From Candidatus Hodarchaeota archaeon (GTDB lineage: Archaea > Asgardarchaeota > Lokiarchaeia > Sigyniarchaeales > SOKP01): DNA of 64,000 nucleotides. The number at the start of each line of letters is the position of its first letter. Position 1 is the stretch's first letter. Below, in pieces: positions 1-9,904 of this stretch. Location of the stretch: the NCBI GenBank assembly GCA_048887165.1, contig JBHLJZ010000008.1, positions 2,340 through 66,339 of the forward strand, given 5' to 3'. A program made the translations under genes and the position numbers. Under the pieces are notes generated by a model. The model was not told where the DNA came from and did no database searches. It saw only the letters and a list, made by a program, of their open reading frames with translations.

Positions 1-32
1 GAAACTTCATTCTCCTCAAGATTCTCGAAATA

Positions 33-347
33 ATGGCATCTCAAAAAGATTTATTGAGTTCTTTGGTAAGAGGTTTTCCAAAGGGGATAAAGATTAATAA
101 AACAATCCCTATTTCATCGGATATAATTCAAATCATCCATAACAAATTACGAGAGGTAATAGATGAAAATAAACTTAGATATCATGATATTATCAACGAA
201 TTAAGAGTTATAGATGAAGATGTTTACGTCGATATTAAAGTAGCATTAAATCGGGATGCTATACTCCTTTCTTCAGAATCGCAGGATAAAATGAAAGCAA
301 AAAAGATGATTGATAAAATTTCAAAAATAATAACTGAATTAAATTAA
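33..347 (+). CDS. hypothetical protein (104 aa)
   Basis: Intact ORF in the track with a charged helical composition. No motif recognised. Confidence 0.4.
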   Translation: MASQKDLLSSLVRGFPKGIKINKTIPISSDIIQIIHNKLREVIDENKLRYHDIINELRVIDEDVYVDIKVALNRDAILLSSESQDKMKAKKMIDKISKIITELN

Positions 348-461
348 GTTTTTTAGAATAAAGAAGATAATAATCTTTTCATATAAATTAAAGATTTATA
401 GTAGTATAGTTATTATAATATTATTAATAATTTCAAAAAAAAATAAAAGGATGTTTTAATC

Positions 462-1142
462 GTGGCGTTATTCGACATAAATACTATAATATTTTTTGTG
501 ACATTTTTAATCATTTATGGAATATTTCTAATTTTTGATGCTTTCAAGCGTAATGAAAAGTATGGCTATTTTGCATATATTATTGCTCTTCTACCAATTA
601 ATTTTCTCTGGATTCTTTATTACACTGATCCTCTTGTAACATATCTAGTTTTATTTATTCTCTGGACTTTATGCTTATTACGAGATCTATGGGGTGTTCA
701 TAAGGAAAAGAAACAAATTAATGAGATTGTTCTTTACCTGGTACTAGCAATTATTATCCAATTGATACTCGCTGCTATTTTGCCTGAATCAATACCTAAC
801 TTAAAAACTAATAATACTCAATGGTTATTTTTTTGGTTACCAGACCTCTACACAACTACTTGGGGTATAGAACTGTGGGTTAATCTAAATGTATTGATCG
901 CATTTAGAATTATGGCAAGTCTTTTAATCTTTTTTGTAATTATACCATTAATCGTTGATATTCGAGGAGAAGATGTCCCTTTGCCTTTATTTATCATAAT
1001 AATTGCTCTTTTTATACCTCCATTTCTGTATTTAAGTTATGTATGGTTACCACAAGCTACAGGGGTTTTAACTTTTCTAATGTGTGTGATTTTGTTTGTC
1101 TGCCTACTTATCATCACCAGAAGCGGGAAAGAGGTCAAATAA
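462..1142 (+). CDS. polytopic integral membrane protein, unknown function
   Basis: 226-aa ORF with a GTG start and about 6-7 long hydrophobic segments rich in F/I/L/W. No catalytic motif recognised. Confidence 0.5.
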   Translation: MALFDINTIIFFVTFLIIYGIFLIFDAFKRNEKYGYFAYIIALLPINFLWILYYTDPLVTYLVLFILWTLCLLRDLWGVHKEKKQINEIVLYLVLAIIIQLILAAILPESIPNLKTNNTQWLFFWLPDLYTTTWGIELWVNLNVLIAFRIMASLLIFFVIIPLIVDIRGEDVPLPLFIIIIALFIPPFLYLSYVWLPQATGVLTFLMCVILFVCLLIITRSGKEVK

Positions 1143-1417
1143 ATAAATAATTTGAAACAAATTAAAAAAATTACATGGAGATTTGGATATTGCCTTGCCA
1201 TTTGCTTTTTGCTATTATTTTTATAATTGTATCATTATTAAGTTTAATAAGAGATGAATTTATTATATAATGATAACAAGGAGTGGTAAAGAAGCATAAT
1301 AAAAAAATTTTAAATTTTTATTATTTTATTAATTTTTGTTATTATTTTTATAATTATATGATAATAAATTAACGAAATTATACTCACTATCCAAATTAAT
1401 TAAAGTTGATATAGATT

Positions 1418-2416
1418 ATGGCAAAGAAAGAAGGTAATTCGGAAGAAAAAGAAGTTAATAAAGCTAAGAAATCTGAATCCAAATATGATTTGAATGATTT
1501 ACCAGGTGTTGGTGATGCAACATTAAAGAAACTTAAGGAAGTGGGAATTTTATCTGTGAGAACACTTGCTATGTATCCTCTACAAAAGTTAATGGATGAC
1601 GCTGGTGTTGGTGAAAAGACTGCTCAAAAGTTGGTGAAAGCAGCACAAGAAATTGAGCACATGACTTTTAAGTCTGCTGATGTAATTTGGGAAAAAAGAA
1701 AAGAAATGAGAAAATTAACTACCGGAAGTCAAAATTTAGATGATCTTTTAGCAGGAGGTCTTGAAACTGGTGCTGTTACGGAGATTTTTGGAGAATATCG
1801 AACTGGAAAAACTCAATTAGCCCATCAACTATGTGTTAATGTTCAATTATCTTATGAAGATGGTGGTCTTGAAGGATCAGCATTATATCTTGATACAGAG
1901 GGTACATTTCGGCCAGAAAGAATAATTCAAATGTCTTTGGCAAAAGATTTAGATCAGAAAAAAACATTAAAGAACATTATAGTGGGAAGAGCTTATAATA
2001 GTGATCATCAAATATTATTAATAAAAGAATCTCCCAAAATTATTGAAGAACGAAATATCAAATTAATTATTGTAGATTCTATAATTAGCCATTTTCGGAG
2101 TGAATATGTAGGGCGAGGAACTTTATCTACGAGACAGCAGTTACTAAATAGCCATATTCATGATTTGTTAAGATTAACAGAAACATATGATGAAATGGCA
2201 GTTTTATTTACTAATCAAGTATCTTCAAGACCAGATGTTTTTTATGGAAATCCTTTAATTCATACTGGGGGAAATATAATAGCACATGGTGCAACTATCA
2301 GAATTTTTGTGAGAAAAGGCAAGGGAGAGCAAAGAGTAGCAAAAATTGTTGATGCGCCTCATTTACCCGAAGAAGATGCAGTATTTTCTATAACAGAAGA
2401 TGGAATTACTGACTAA
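1418..2416 (+). CDS. radA: DNA repair and recombination protein RadA
   Basis: N-terminal helix-hairpin-helix (LPGVGDATLKKLKEVGI). Walker A GEYRTGKTQL, Walker B-like LIIVDS, and a typical archaeal RadA length (332 aa). Confidence 0.95.
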   Translation: MAKKEGNSEEKEVNKAKKSESKYDLNDLPGVGDATLKKLKEVGILSVRTLAMYPLQKLMDDAGVGEKTAQKLVKAAQEIEHMTFKSADVIWEKRKEMRKLTTGSQNLDDLLAGGLETGAVTEIFGEYRTGKTQLAHQLCVNVQLSYEDGGLEGSALYLDTEGTFRPERIIQMSLAKDLDQKKTLKNIIVGRAYNSDHQILLIKESPKIIEERNIKLIIVDSIISHFRSEYVGRGTLSTRQQLLNSHIHDLLRLTETYDEMAVLFTNQVSSRPDVFYGNPLIHTGGNIIAHGATIRIFVRKGKGEQRVAKIVDAPHLPEEDAVFSITEDGITD

Positions 2417-2555
2417 ATAAATTAATTTGCTTCATTAAATGAAAGCTTTAACTTCTCTAGGAAATCATAAACAACATTGTTAAATAAGCATTTATTAATT
2501 AGTTTTAAGTTTATTATCATATAAGAAATGAAGATGAAATTCCTTAGATGTAATT

Positions 2556-4691
2556 TTGCCTGAACGAGAAGAAAATTTAAACGAAGTATATACATTTGAA
2601 TTTTATGAAGATGATTATACGGAGACATATGACCTAAAAGAAACAAAAGTTATTGAAGAATACAATGAAATTGATTTTGAATCCGATTTAAACGATGAGC
2701 AACTCGAAATTGTTAATAATCTTAAAGGTCCAATGTTAGTAATAGCTGGTGCTGGTTCAGGTAAAACGAGAACAATTGTTTATTCTGTTGCAAAGTTGTT
2801 AGTATCAAGAGTGAAGCCTAGTGAAATCATGTTAGTCACATTCACTAATAAAGCTGCAAATGAAATGATTAAGCGAGTAGAAACTCTCCTTGGTAAAAAA
2901 CCAAAGGGAATTTGGGCTGGTACTTTTCATTCTATGGCTAATAGATTTTTACGAATGTATGCTAAGAAATTGGGATTAAAGCCAAATTACACTATTATGG
3001 ATGAAAGCGATTCGAAAACACTTATGAGATTAGCAATTGATAAAGCAAACGTAAAGGAAGTTGAAGAACGCTTTCCTACTGCTGTAGTAGCTAAAGATAT
3101 ATTATCTTTTTCTATTAATTGCAACAAATCAATTCGTGAAGTGATTCAATGGAAGTATTACCAATTTGATAGTGATCCTGTCATAATGAAACTCAGTGAA
3201 GTGTTTACAATTTACAAAAAGAAAAAAGAGCAAGATAACTTAGTTGATTTTGATGACTTATTGGTTTTTTGGAATGCACTTCTTGAGGAAAGAAATATTG
3301 CACAAATGATTGCGAGAAGAATAAAATATGTATTAGTTGATGAGTATCAAGATACAAATCATATTCAAGATGAAATAATCCATAAAATCGTTAAACAAAA
3401 TCCAAATTATAATGTTATGGTTGTTGGAGACGATGCACAGAGCATATACGCTTTTCGAGGTGCTAATTTCCAAAATATTTTAGAATTTGAGAATAAATAT
3501 CAAGATTGTCAGAGGCGTACAATAACTTATAATTATAGGAGTGTCCCTCAAATTTTAGATTTAGCAAATGATTCAATAAAGCATAACAAAAAGCAATTTA
3601 AAAAAACCATGAGACCCACTCGTCCAAAAGGTATTATACCTTTTCAAGTAAATGTGGCAGATGATAAAGATCAAGCTCGATTTATAGCAAATCAAATCTT
3701 AAAATTACGTTCGAATGGATATGCTTTGAATGAAATTGCGATTCTTGTTCGAGCAAGTCATCATTCAATGCAAATAGAGATTGAATTAAAGACAAAAAAT
3801 ATTCCTTATGAAGTGAGGGCAGGTGTTGCATTTTTTGAAAAAGCTCATATAAAAGATATGATTGCACACCTCAGAGTCATTGAAAATCCTTATGATGAAA
3901 TTTCTTGGTCTCGAATTTTTAGCATTATACCTGGAATAGGTAAAATTTCTGGTACAAAATTATTTGAAGCTATTGCCAAAACACCTAGTCCAATAAACCA
4001 TTTGGTAAGCAAAACTTTTGCTTATGAAAAAGATAAAGTATCTCGAATTTCAAAAGAAGCGAAAAAAAACACAATAGCTCATGTAAAAAATTTGTTAGGA
4101 CTTTCAATTGAAGACAATCCTGGTGATATTATTAAAAAATTAATTCCAATTCTTGAAGATCATTTACAATCTAAATACGATAATTGGAAAGATAGAATTG
4201 ATGATTTAGAACAACTTGCTGTTTACTCCCAAAACTTTACTAATCTTCGAAATTTCTTAGAAAACTTAAGTCTAAATTTATCAAATTTGGAATCTAAAAC
4301 AGTTCAATTAGGAGACCAAACCGAGGAAGAAAAACCACTTGTGATTTCGACTATTCATCGTGCAAAAGGTCTTGAATGGCGCGTTATTTTCATTCCAATG
4401 CTTTGTGAAGACTCGTTTCCTTCCAGCAGGGTATTGGGTGATCCCGAATCTTATGAAGAGGAGAGAAGAGTATTTTATGTGGCAATTACGAGAGCTAAAG
4501 ACCTACTGTATTTAATATCACCAGCAGTTATTCATACTTATAGAGGACTTCAAACGGTTCGATTATCTCAATTCGTCGCGGAATTAAACCCTAAAATATA
4601 TACTAAGTCTTCAGTTCAATTTAAATCAAAAAGAAGAAAAAAAGCAACAATTCTAAAAGCCAATTTTAAAACAGCTAATGACTTGCTTTAA
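2556..4691 (+). CDS. UvrD/PcrA/Rep-type superfamily 1 DNA helicase
   Basis: SF1 motifs are present: AGAGSGKT (I), VDEYQDTN (II), VGDDAQSIYAFRGA (III), STIHRAKGLEW (V/VI region) and VAITRAKDLLYL. TTG start in the track. Confidence 0.9.
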   Translation: MPEREENLNEVYTFEFYEDDYTETYDLKETKVIEEYNEIDFESDLNDEQLEIVNNLKGPMLVIAGAGSGKTRTIVYSVAKLLVSRVKPSEIMLVTFTNKAANEMIKRVETLLGKKPKGIWAGTFHSMANRFLRMYAKKLGLKPNYTIMDESDSKTLMRLAIDKANVKEVEERFPTAVVAKDILSFSINCNKSIREVIQWKYYQFDSDPVIMKLSEVFTIYKKKKEQDNLVDFDDLLVFWNALLEERNIAQMIARRIKYVLVDEYQDTNHIQDEIIHKIVKQNPNYNVMVVGDDAQSIYAFRGANFQNILEFENKYQDCQRRTITYNYRSVPQILDLANDSIKHNKKQFKKTMRPTRPKGIIPFQVNVADDKDQARFIANQILKLRSNGYALNEIAILVRASHHSMQIEIELKTKNIPYEVRAGVAFFEKAHIKDMIAHLRVIENPYDEISWSRIFSIIPGIGKISGTKLFEAIAKTPSPINHLVSKTFAYEKDKVSRISKEAKKNTIAHVKNLLGLSIEDNPGDIIKKLIPILEDHLQSKYDNWKDRIDDLEQLAVYSQNFTNLRNFLENLSLNLSNLESKTVQLGDQTEEEKPLVISTIHRAKGLEWRVIFIPMLCEDSFPSSRVLGDPESYEEERRVFYVAITRAKDLLYLISPAVIHTYRGLQTVRLSQFVAELNPKIYTKSSVQFKSKRRKKATILKANFKTANDLL

Positions 4692-4761
4692 AAAATCTTA
4701 AGAAGGAATTCGTAAAAAATTAATAAAGAAAAATTTAAGTATTTCTATCAAAAAGATTATC

Positions 4762-5229
4762 TTAAAAATTAAGATCAACATTTACTTCAATACCCATTCT
4801 AACAGATTCGGTGACTATACAGAAGTTTTCAAAAAAAGGTTTTAAATTTGCAGCTTCTTTTAAACATTGTTCAGCTCTTTTACGCGCGTCAGGATCTTCA
4901 ATTTTAACATCAATTGTAACATCGATTTTTTTAACTCTCCAAAAGCCCTTTTCGTTACGGGTAATTGTCACTTCAGCTTCAGCCTTAAGATCATCCAAAT
5001 TAAAATTTCTTTTTTTTAAACAAAAGATAAAACTTGCACTCAAGCAACCCAATACTGCCATTGCTAACATTCGTGAAGGATTTGGACCAAGCATGTCCAC
5101 TTCATCTTTATGAGTATCATCAATATAGCAATCTTTTACTTTCATTTCTCCAAGTTCACATTTAAATATCATATCTTTCTCTAAGGAAATCCCTACTTTA
5201 GTTTTCATTTCTTCAGACAATCTGTTCAC
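4762..5229 (-). CDS. OsmC/Ohr-family peroxiredoxin-like protein
   Basis: GPNPSRMLAMAVLGCLS and a second Cys (FIFCLKK) match the OsmC family pattern, as does the ~150 aa size. The overlapping plus-strand ORF 4811..5113 is treated as a shadow. Confidence 0.65.
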   Translation of the reverse strand: MNRLSEEMKTKVGISLEKDMIFKCELGEMKVKDCYIDDTHKDEVDMLGPNPSRMLAMAVLGCLSASFIFCLKKRNFNLDDLKAEAEVTITRNEKGFWRVKKIDVTIDVKIEDPDARKRAEQCLKEAANLKPFFENFCIVTESVRMGIEVNVDLNF

Positions 5230-5317
5230 TCCTAATTTATTTTAAAAATGTAGTTTATAATTCAATTCTTCTAATTATTTCTTAAATATTTTTCATTTAA
5301 TTTATAAGAAATTAAAG

Positions 5318-5908
5318 TTAACTAGCTTCTATTTTTTTTAAATAGTAATGACGCTGTAAATGAAAATATAAAAAAGGAAAATAGAACAATACAATTAAAA
5401 TGAATTTAAATGCGAAAAAAATAGCACAAACCATCATAAGGATAAATAATAAAACTTCGATACCCATACAGACTCTATTTTGATAATATTTAACATCAAA
5501 AAACGATTCAGCTCTTTTATATTTCTTCAGGTATTCTCCAATGTTTTCAAATTCCTCTCGTGAGATTAAAAGTTTTAAACCAACTTGTTTTTTTTGAAAG
5601 TAAAAGAAATTAGTGCCCCAATCAAAAGTGTCGATAACTATATGGATAAAATATACAAATCCGCTAAAGAATAAGGCTATCCAATTAAAAATGAATCCAA
5701 AAATCATAATAATTATACTTGGTACTATTGAGTGAGAAATTAACATTCTGTGATTATTGTTTATTGCATATTTTGAGAAAAATACATCAAAATCACAGAT
5801 AAATGAAGAAAAAATTATTAATAAAAATTCGATTAAAATAAAACTGTAAAAGTAATGCAGAATTGAAGAGATAATAACTCCAACCGCAAAATGTGAATTA
5901 ATATGCAT
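5318..5908 (-). CDS. membrane protein, possibly YdjM/DUF457-like membrane-bound metal-dependent hydrolase
   Basis: Hydrophobic 196-aa protein with His clusters at helix ends (MHINSHFAVG, SHSIVPS, HIVIDTFDWG). The family assignment is tentative. Confidence 0.4.
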   Translation of the reverse strand: MHINSHFAVGVIISSILHYFYSFILIEFLLIIFSSFICDFDVFFSKYAINNNHRMLISHSIVPSIIIMIFGFIFNWIALFFSGFVYFIHIVIDTFDWGTNFFYFQKKQVGLKLLISREEFENIGEYLKKYKRAESFFDVKYYQNRVCMGIEVLLFILMMVCAIFFAFKFILIVLFYFPFLYFHLQRHYYLKKIEAS

Positions 5909-5936
5909 ATTTAGTAATAATTTATTTTAATTTTGC

Positions 5937-6920
5937 TTAAGTGATATAATTCTTGTTTAAAACTCTTTTTATAACTTTGCTTTTCTCTTTAAACCCCGCA
6001 GGCCCTTTTTTTTCAACTAAAAATGAAGCAGCTGCTGAAGCTAAATGAGCTGCTCTTTCCACGTTTTGCCAGTTCATATTTGACTTAATAAACTCATATA
6101 AAAAGATTGCTAAGTAAACATCACCGGCACCAGTTTCATCCACTACTTCTTTAGCTTTAAATGCAGGAATCTCTAACAGCTTTTCTTCTTTTTTAATTAT
6201 CATAGAGCCTGCTTCTCCTAAAGTCATAATGAAGATCCCTCCCGTTCCGAATTGATTAAAGCATTCCATAACATCATAAAAATCATCACAACCAGATAAT
6301 AATTTCATTTCAATTTCCGATCCTTTAAGTATAAGACGATCTGCAATTAAATTTATTACGTTCCTCATGTTCGATATTATTTCTTCATCATGAATATAAG
6401 ATACGATTCCATTATCATCTATATATCTTATAAAACCTTGTAGATCTATTCCAATATATGCCTCTGGAAATTTCTTAATTATTTTTGAAACATATTCATA
6501 TGAGATTTCATTACATAAAGGAGCTAAAACTATTACTTGCGGTGAATTATGATAAAAATATTCAGGGATATCTTCAAATTTTAGATTTGGGCTTCTTGAT
6601 TTAAGTGTTAGCGTTCTGTTATGATTAAAATAATCTAATACAAAATTGGTATTATTAGTATTAGACCACTTTAAACCTCTCAAGTCAATATCTTTATTAT
6701 CGAACGATTTTAGCAACTCTTTTTTAAAATTTAACTCCCCTAAATTTGAGATTATACCGATTTTTACATCTTTATTATATTTTCTCAAAGCTAATGAACC
6801 AAATGAAACAGTTCCTCCTATAGTTGGTTTATGTGTTTTTTTAAATCTAACAATGCTATCAATAGCTAAATGTCCAATGAACAAAATTGATGTTGTACTT
6901 TGATCGATTTTATTTCTCAT
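5937..6920 (-). CDS. PfkB-family carbohydrate/nucleoside kinase
   Basis: N-terminal GHLAIDS and C-terminal DETGAGDVYLA (the PfkB GAGD anion-hole motif), at 327 aa. Substrate unknown. Confidence 0.75.
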   Translation of the reverse strand: MRNKIDQSTTSILFIGHLAIDSIVRFKKTHKPTIGGTVSFGSLALRKYNKDVKIGIISNLGELNFKKELLKSFDNKDIDLRGLKWSNTNNTNFVLDYFNHNRTLTLKSRSPNLKFEDIPEYFYHNSPQVIVLAPLCNEISYEYVSKIIKKFPEAYIGIDLQGFIRYIDDNGIVSYIHDEEIISNMRNVINLIADRLILKGSEIEMKLLSGCDDFYDVMECFNQFGTGGIFIMTLGEAGSMIIKKEEKLLEIPAFKAKEVVDETGAGDVYLAIFLYEFIKSNMNWQNVERAAHLASAAASFLVEKKGPAGFKEKSKVIKRVLNKNYIT

Positions 6921-7071
6921 CTATTTTTTTTTATTTCTTATTCTTCAAAAAATTTTCCCAATTATTCGAAGTGGAAAACTTAAAAATAGTTTTTAAAGAA
7001 ATCGTTTTAAAATGGAAATTTGCTAAAAAATTTAATGATAATCAAATAAGATTGATATAAACAAAAAGGAG

Positions 7072-8181
7072 TTAAGCTCCTTTAATTGATTTATTTAATT
7101 CAAGAATTTTTTGATCTTTTTCTTGAATTGTTAGTTTCAATTTATTAATTGTACTTTGGAGATTCTCAATTAATCCTGTCATTGGCCCGGATGTACCGAT
7201 TTTTTCGGTAGGTTGGGATAATTTTAATTGAGCGATAATATCATCCTTTTCTGCTAATTTACCTTCAAGCTCTCTTAACTTAGATATGATTTCTTGTGGT
7301 ATCTCTTTTTCTTTTGACTTTTCTTTAAGATCGTTTTGTAGATTACTTAACTCTCTCTTAAGATTCACATTTTCTCTTTGTAATTCTTCTAAATCTTCAG
7401 TATTAAACTTAAAACCTTTATCTTCTAACGCCTGTCTTAACTGAGATTTTTCTTCATTTAATTTTTCAATAATTTTTTTATATTTATTAAGATCGGTTTG
7501 TAAATCTTGACATAGTAATTCAAGTGGTTTTGATGATGTTTCGGGAGGCAGTGGTTTTATTACTGCAGGCTCAATATTTTCAACGGGTACAACATAATCA
7601 ATAGGTAAACTCTTTAATTTTTCAACTTGTTGATTGAGTAATGCTTTATTTTCTTGTTTTAGTTCCGAGATACTTGCCTGCAAATCAATAATTTGACTTT
7701 TTTTCTTAGATAATTCAGATTGTAATTCTTCAACCAAATTTATATTTACTGAATCAGCTGGAGATTGAGATTGAAATTGAGGTTTACTAATATCCTGTTT
7801 TAATAATACTAACTCATTCTCCTTTCCTTTTATTTCTTCATCTTTTTCTAAAAGTAATTTTACCATACTCTTTACTTTATTGCTTAATTCTAAATTTTCT
7901 TGTTCTATTTCATTTAATTTTATGGTTACTTGTGTAGTTACTTCCTCTTTTTCTAATTTCAATCGCTCTTTTTCTTCAACGGTTCTTTTAATAATATCTT
8001 CAGATTTACTTATAAGCTCAATATTTTCAGCTATTTTTTTTCTCAATTGTTCATTTTCTTTTTGTAATAATTCTAATTTATTTATAGTATCTTCAATAAC
8101 TGATGGAGATTTATTATCTGTTGCCATTTTCTTTTTCCATAAACTGATAAAATCCTCAATTTTCTCGTTATCTTCAGGCAT
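7072..8181 (-). CDS. long coiled-coil protein (369 aa), unknown function
   Basis: Near-continuous heptad-like E/K/L/Q-rich sequence with repeated LQ/LK/EL blocks. No enzymatic motif. Confidence 0.6.
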   Translation of the reverse strand: MPEDNEKIEDFISLWKKKMATDNKSPSVIEDTINKLELLQKENEQLRKKIAENIELISKSEDIIKRTVEEKERLKLEKEEVTTQVTIKLNEIEQENLELSNKVKSMVKLLLEKDEEIKGKENELVLLKQDISKPQFQSQSPADSVNINLVEELQSELSKKKSQIIDLQASISELKQENKALLNQQVEKLKSLPIDYVVPVENIEPAVIKPLPPETSSKPLELLCQDLQTDLNKYKKIIEKLNEEKSQLRQALEDKGFKFNTEDLEELQRENVNLKRELSNLQNDLKEKSKEKEIPQEIISKLRELEGKLAEKDDIIAQLKLSQPTEKIGTSGPMTGLIENLQSTINKLKLTIQEKDQKILELNKSIKGA

Positions 8182-8215
8182 AATTCTACAAATTTTTCCT
8201 TGAATTTTATATTTT

Positions 8216-9097
8216 TTATTTTATTAATATCCCAGAAAAATACCCTACACAATATCCAAAACTCCCTGTTTTTTCATGACTGGTATAATATCGTAATAAT
8301 TTTCCTCTACTAGCATTTAACTTTTTACAGATTAACATTAAAGTTGTGATTGTCTGCGTACCACACACCGTTGTATTTGAAGCTGCTGAAAAGGTTTTCT
8401 GAGGATCGAATATGGTAAAAGCATCTATAACATCTTGATCATATCTTTTAAACTCAAGGAATTGGTTGTTATCATGAACTTGTTTGTGGGACATGTCTGA
8501 TGAGGCTACAATCACAACGTCCTTACCACTAGCATTTATTGCTGAAGCTATATCTTCTGATATCTCTTCCAGAATTTTAAAGTTTCTGCGGGTACCTACT
8601 TTTATAGTCAAAATTTTAATATCCTTATCATTTGCACAAAATTTTATGAAGGGGAGTTGTATTTCAATATTATGCTCTTCTTCTAATCTCCCTAGAAATG
8701 CGGATTCATCTTTTATTATTGTCTTACTTATATTTAACACATGATTTGCTAAATCGTTATCGATTTCTAAATTCCCAAGCGGTGTTTCCCATTCTCCTTC
8801 ATCTAAAAGAGCAACTTTTCCATATCCTAAATGGTCTGTTCCCAATATTATTACAGTTTCAGGAATTCTTTCTTTAAATAGATTTAAATATGTGAATGCC
8901 GCACAATTTCCAGAATAAACATAGCCAGCATGTGGCGAAACTCCACCAATTATAGTTCTGTTGTCCTGATTTAATGAAATAGGTAATTCACAAGGTCCAA
9001 ATTCCTTGTCTAAAAATAATTTTTTTAGCTGAGATCTTAATGCATCTTTGCTACCGGGATACCAGGAACCAGCATGTAAAGCTCGTCTCACAACCAT
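8216..9097 (-). CDS. MEMO1-family protein (AmmeMemoRadiSam system protein B)
   Basis: HAGSWYPG at the N-terminus, SPHAGYVYSG, GTDH and SSDMSH motifs are typical of the Memo/extradiol-dioxygenase-like fold. Confidence 0.85.
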   Translation of the reverse strand: MVVRRALHAGSWYPGSKDALRSQLKKLFLDKEFGPCELPISLNQDNRTIIGGVSPHAGYVYSGNCAAFTYLNLFKERIPETVIILGTDHLGYGKVALLDEGEWETPLGNLEIDNDLANHVLNISKTIIKDESAFLGRLEEEHNIEIQLPFIKFCANDKDIKILTIKVGTRRNFKILEEISEDIASAINASGKDVVIVASSDMSHKQVHDNNQFLEFKRYDQDVIDAFTIFDPQKTFSAASNTTVCGTQTITTLMLICKKLNASRGKLLRYYTSHEKTGSFGYCVGYFSGILIK

Positions 9098-9233
9098 TTT
9101 TTTATCACCTATCTACAAATTATATTATAATCATTATATTAAATAATTTTTATAGTATTTTCATATAATCTTATTTTTTATTACGTCTTTTCATTAAAAG
9201 AATTATTAAGATATACAAAATATTTTTATCTTA

Positions 9234-9836
9234 ATGAATGATGAAAAGAATAGTATTATTACGCTAGATGAGATTACTAAAGAGAAAGTTCCAGAAAAAA
9301 TACCAACAAAATTAATTAATTCTAGAGTTATTGTTTTTAATCCATTACATGCTACATATCTTTATGTAAAGCGAAAATTCTTTGGATCCCCGCTTGGAAT
9401 AAGCAAACCACGTTTAGAATATTTTTCAAAACCCTCAGAATTATCATTAATAGAAGCTTTTTATTTATTAAAGAATGAGAAAATAACCATTTTTGATCCG
9501 CAGAAAAATAAATATCTTGAAGTAGAAGAATTCTATGAGTTCGCTAAAAAAATCCATCATAAATTCGAAGAGAAGTTTATTATATATAAAGATCTAAGAG
9601 AAAAAGGATATATCCCTCGACCTGGGCTTAAATTTGGTGCGGATTTTGTGGTTTATAAAAAGGGACCCGGTTTAGAGCATTCACCTTTCATTGTTCATGT
9701 TTTACCGCATGACTCAAAAATTTCTGCTATTGATATGGTTCGAGCTGGTAGATTAGCTACTTCAGTTAGGAAAAAATTTGTTATAGCTAATCCTCTAACC
9801 CTAAGTTATTACTTCTTTGAATGGTTTAAACCTTAG
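9234..9836 (+). CDS. endA: tRNA-splicing endonuclease
   Basis: C-terminal catalytic domain pattern GADFVVYKKGPG..HSPFIVHV plus a downstream conserved Lys (SVRKKFVIA). The 200 aa size fits the archaeal EndA type. Confidence 0.85.
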   Translation: MNDEKNSIITLDEITKEKVPEKIPTKLINSRVIVFNPLHATYLYVKRKFFGSPLGISKPRLEYFSKPSELSLIEAFYLLKNEKITIFDPQKNKYLEVEEFYEFAKKIHHKFEEKFIIYKDLREKGYIPRPGLKFGADFVVYKKGPGLEHSPFIVHVLPHDSKISAIDMVRAGRLATSVRKKFVIANPLTLSYYFFEWFKP

Positions 9837-9904
9837 ATAAATTTAATCAAGATTTGAATTTCGAATATTGAATATGTTCTTATAAATCCTGAGAAAGCAG
9901 TTTC

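Noticed and set aside
1175-1270. A 31-codon hydrophobic mini-ORF (MEIWILPCHLLFAIIFIIVSLLSLIRDEFII) in the spacer upstream of radA.
   Set aside because: No supporting motif or conservation can be assessed, and short hydrophobic ORFs arise easily in T-rich sequence.
2422-2646. Many short ORFs in the track lie antisense to or inside larger genes. Examples are 2422..2646, 3682..3867, 4811..5113, 6646..6903, 7880..8203, 8484..8744, 12559..14420 (several), 16247..16528, 18441..18719, 22430..22795, 25721..25915, 26388..26663, 31897..32091, 33858..34226, 36541..36735, 42485..42721, 44387..44578, 45056..45286, 46163..46450, 47029..47531, 52755..53845, 55304..55486, 59330..59596, 60752..60958 and 61973..62155.
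   Set aside because: Each overlaps a longer ORF with clear family motifs on the other strand or frame. Their products are low-complexity (S/F/I/L-rich), as expected for shadow frames in AT-rich DNA.
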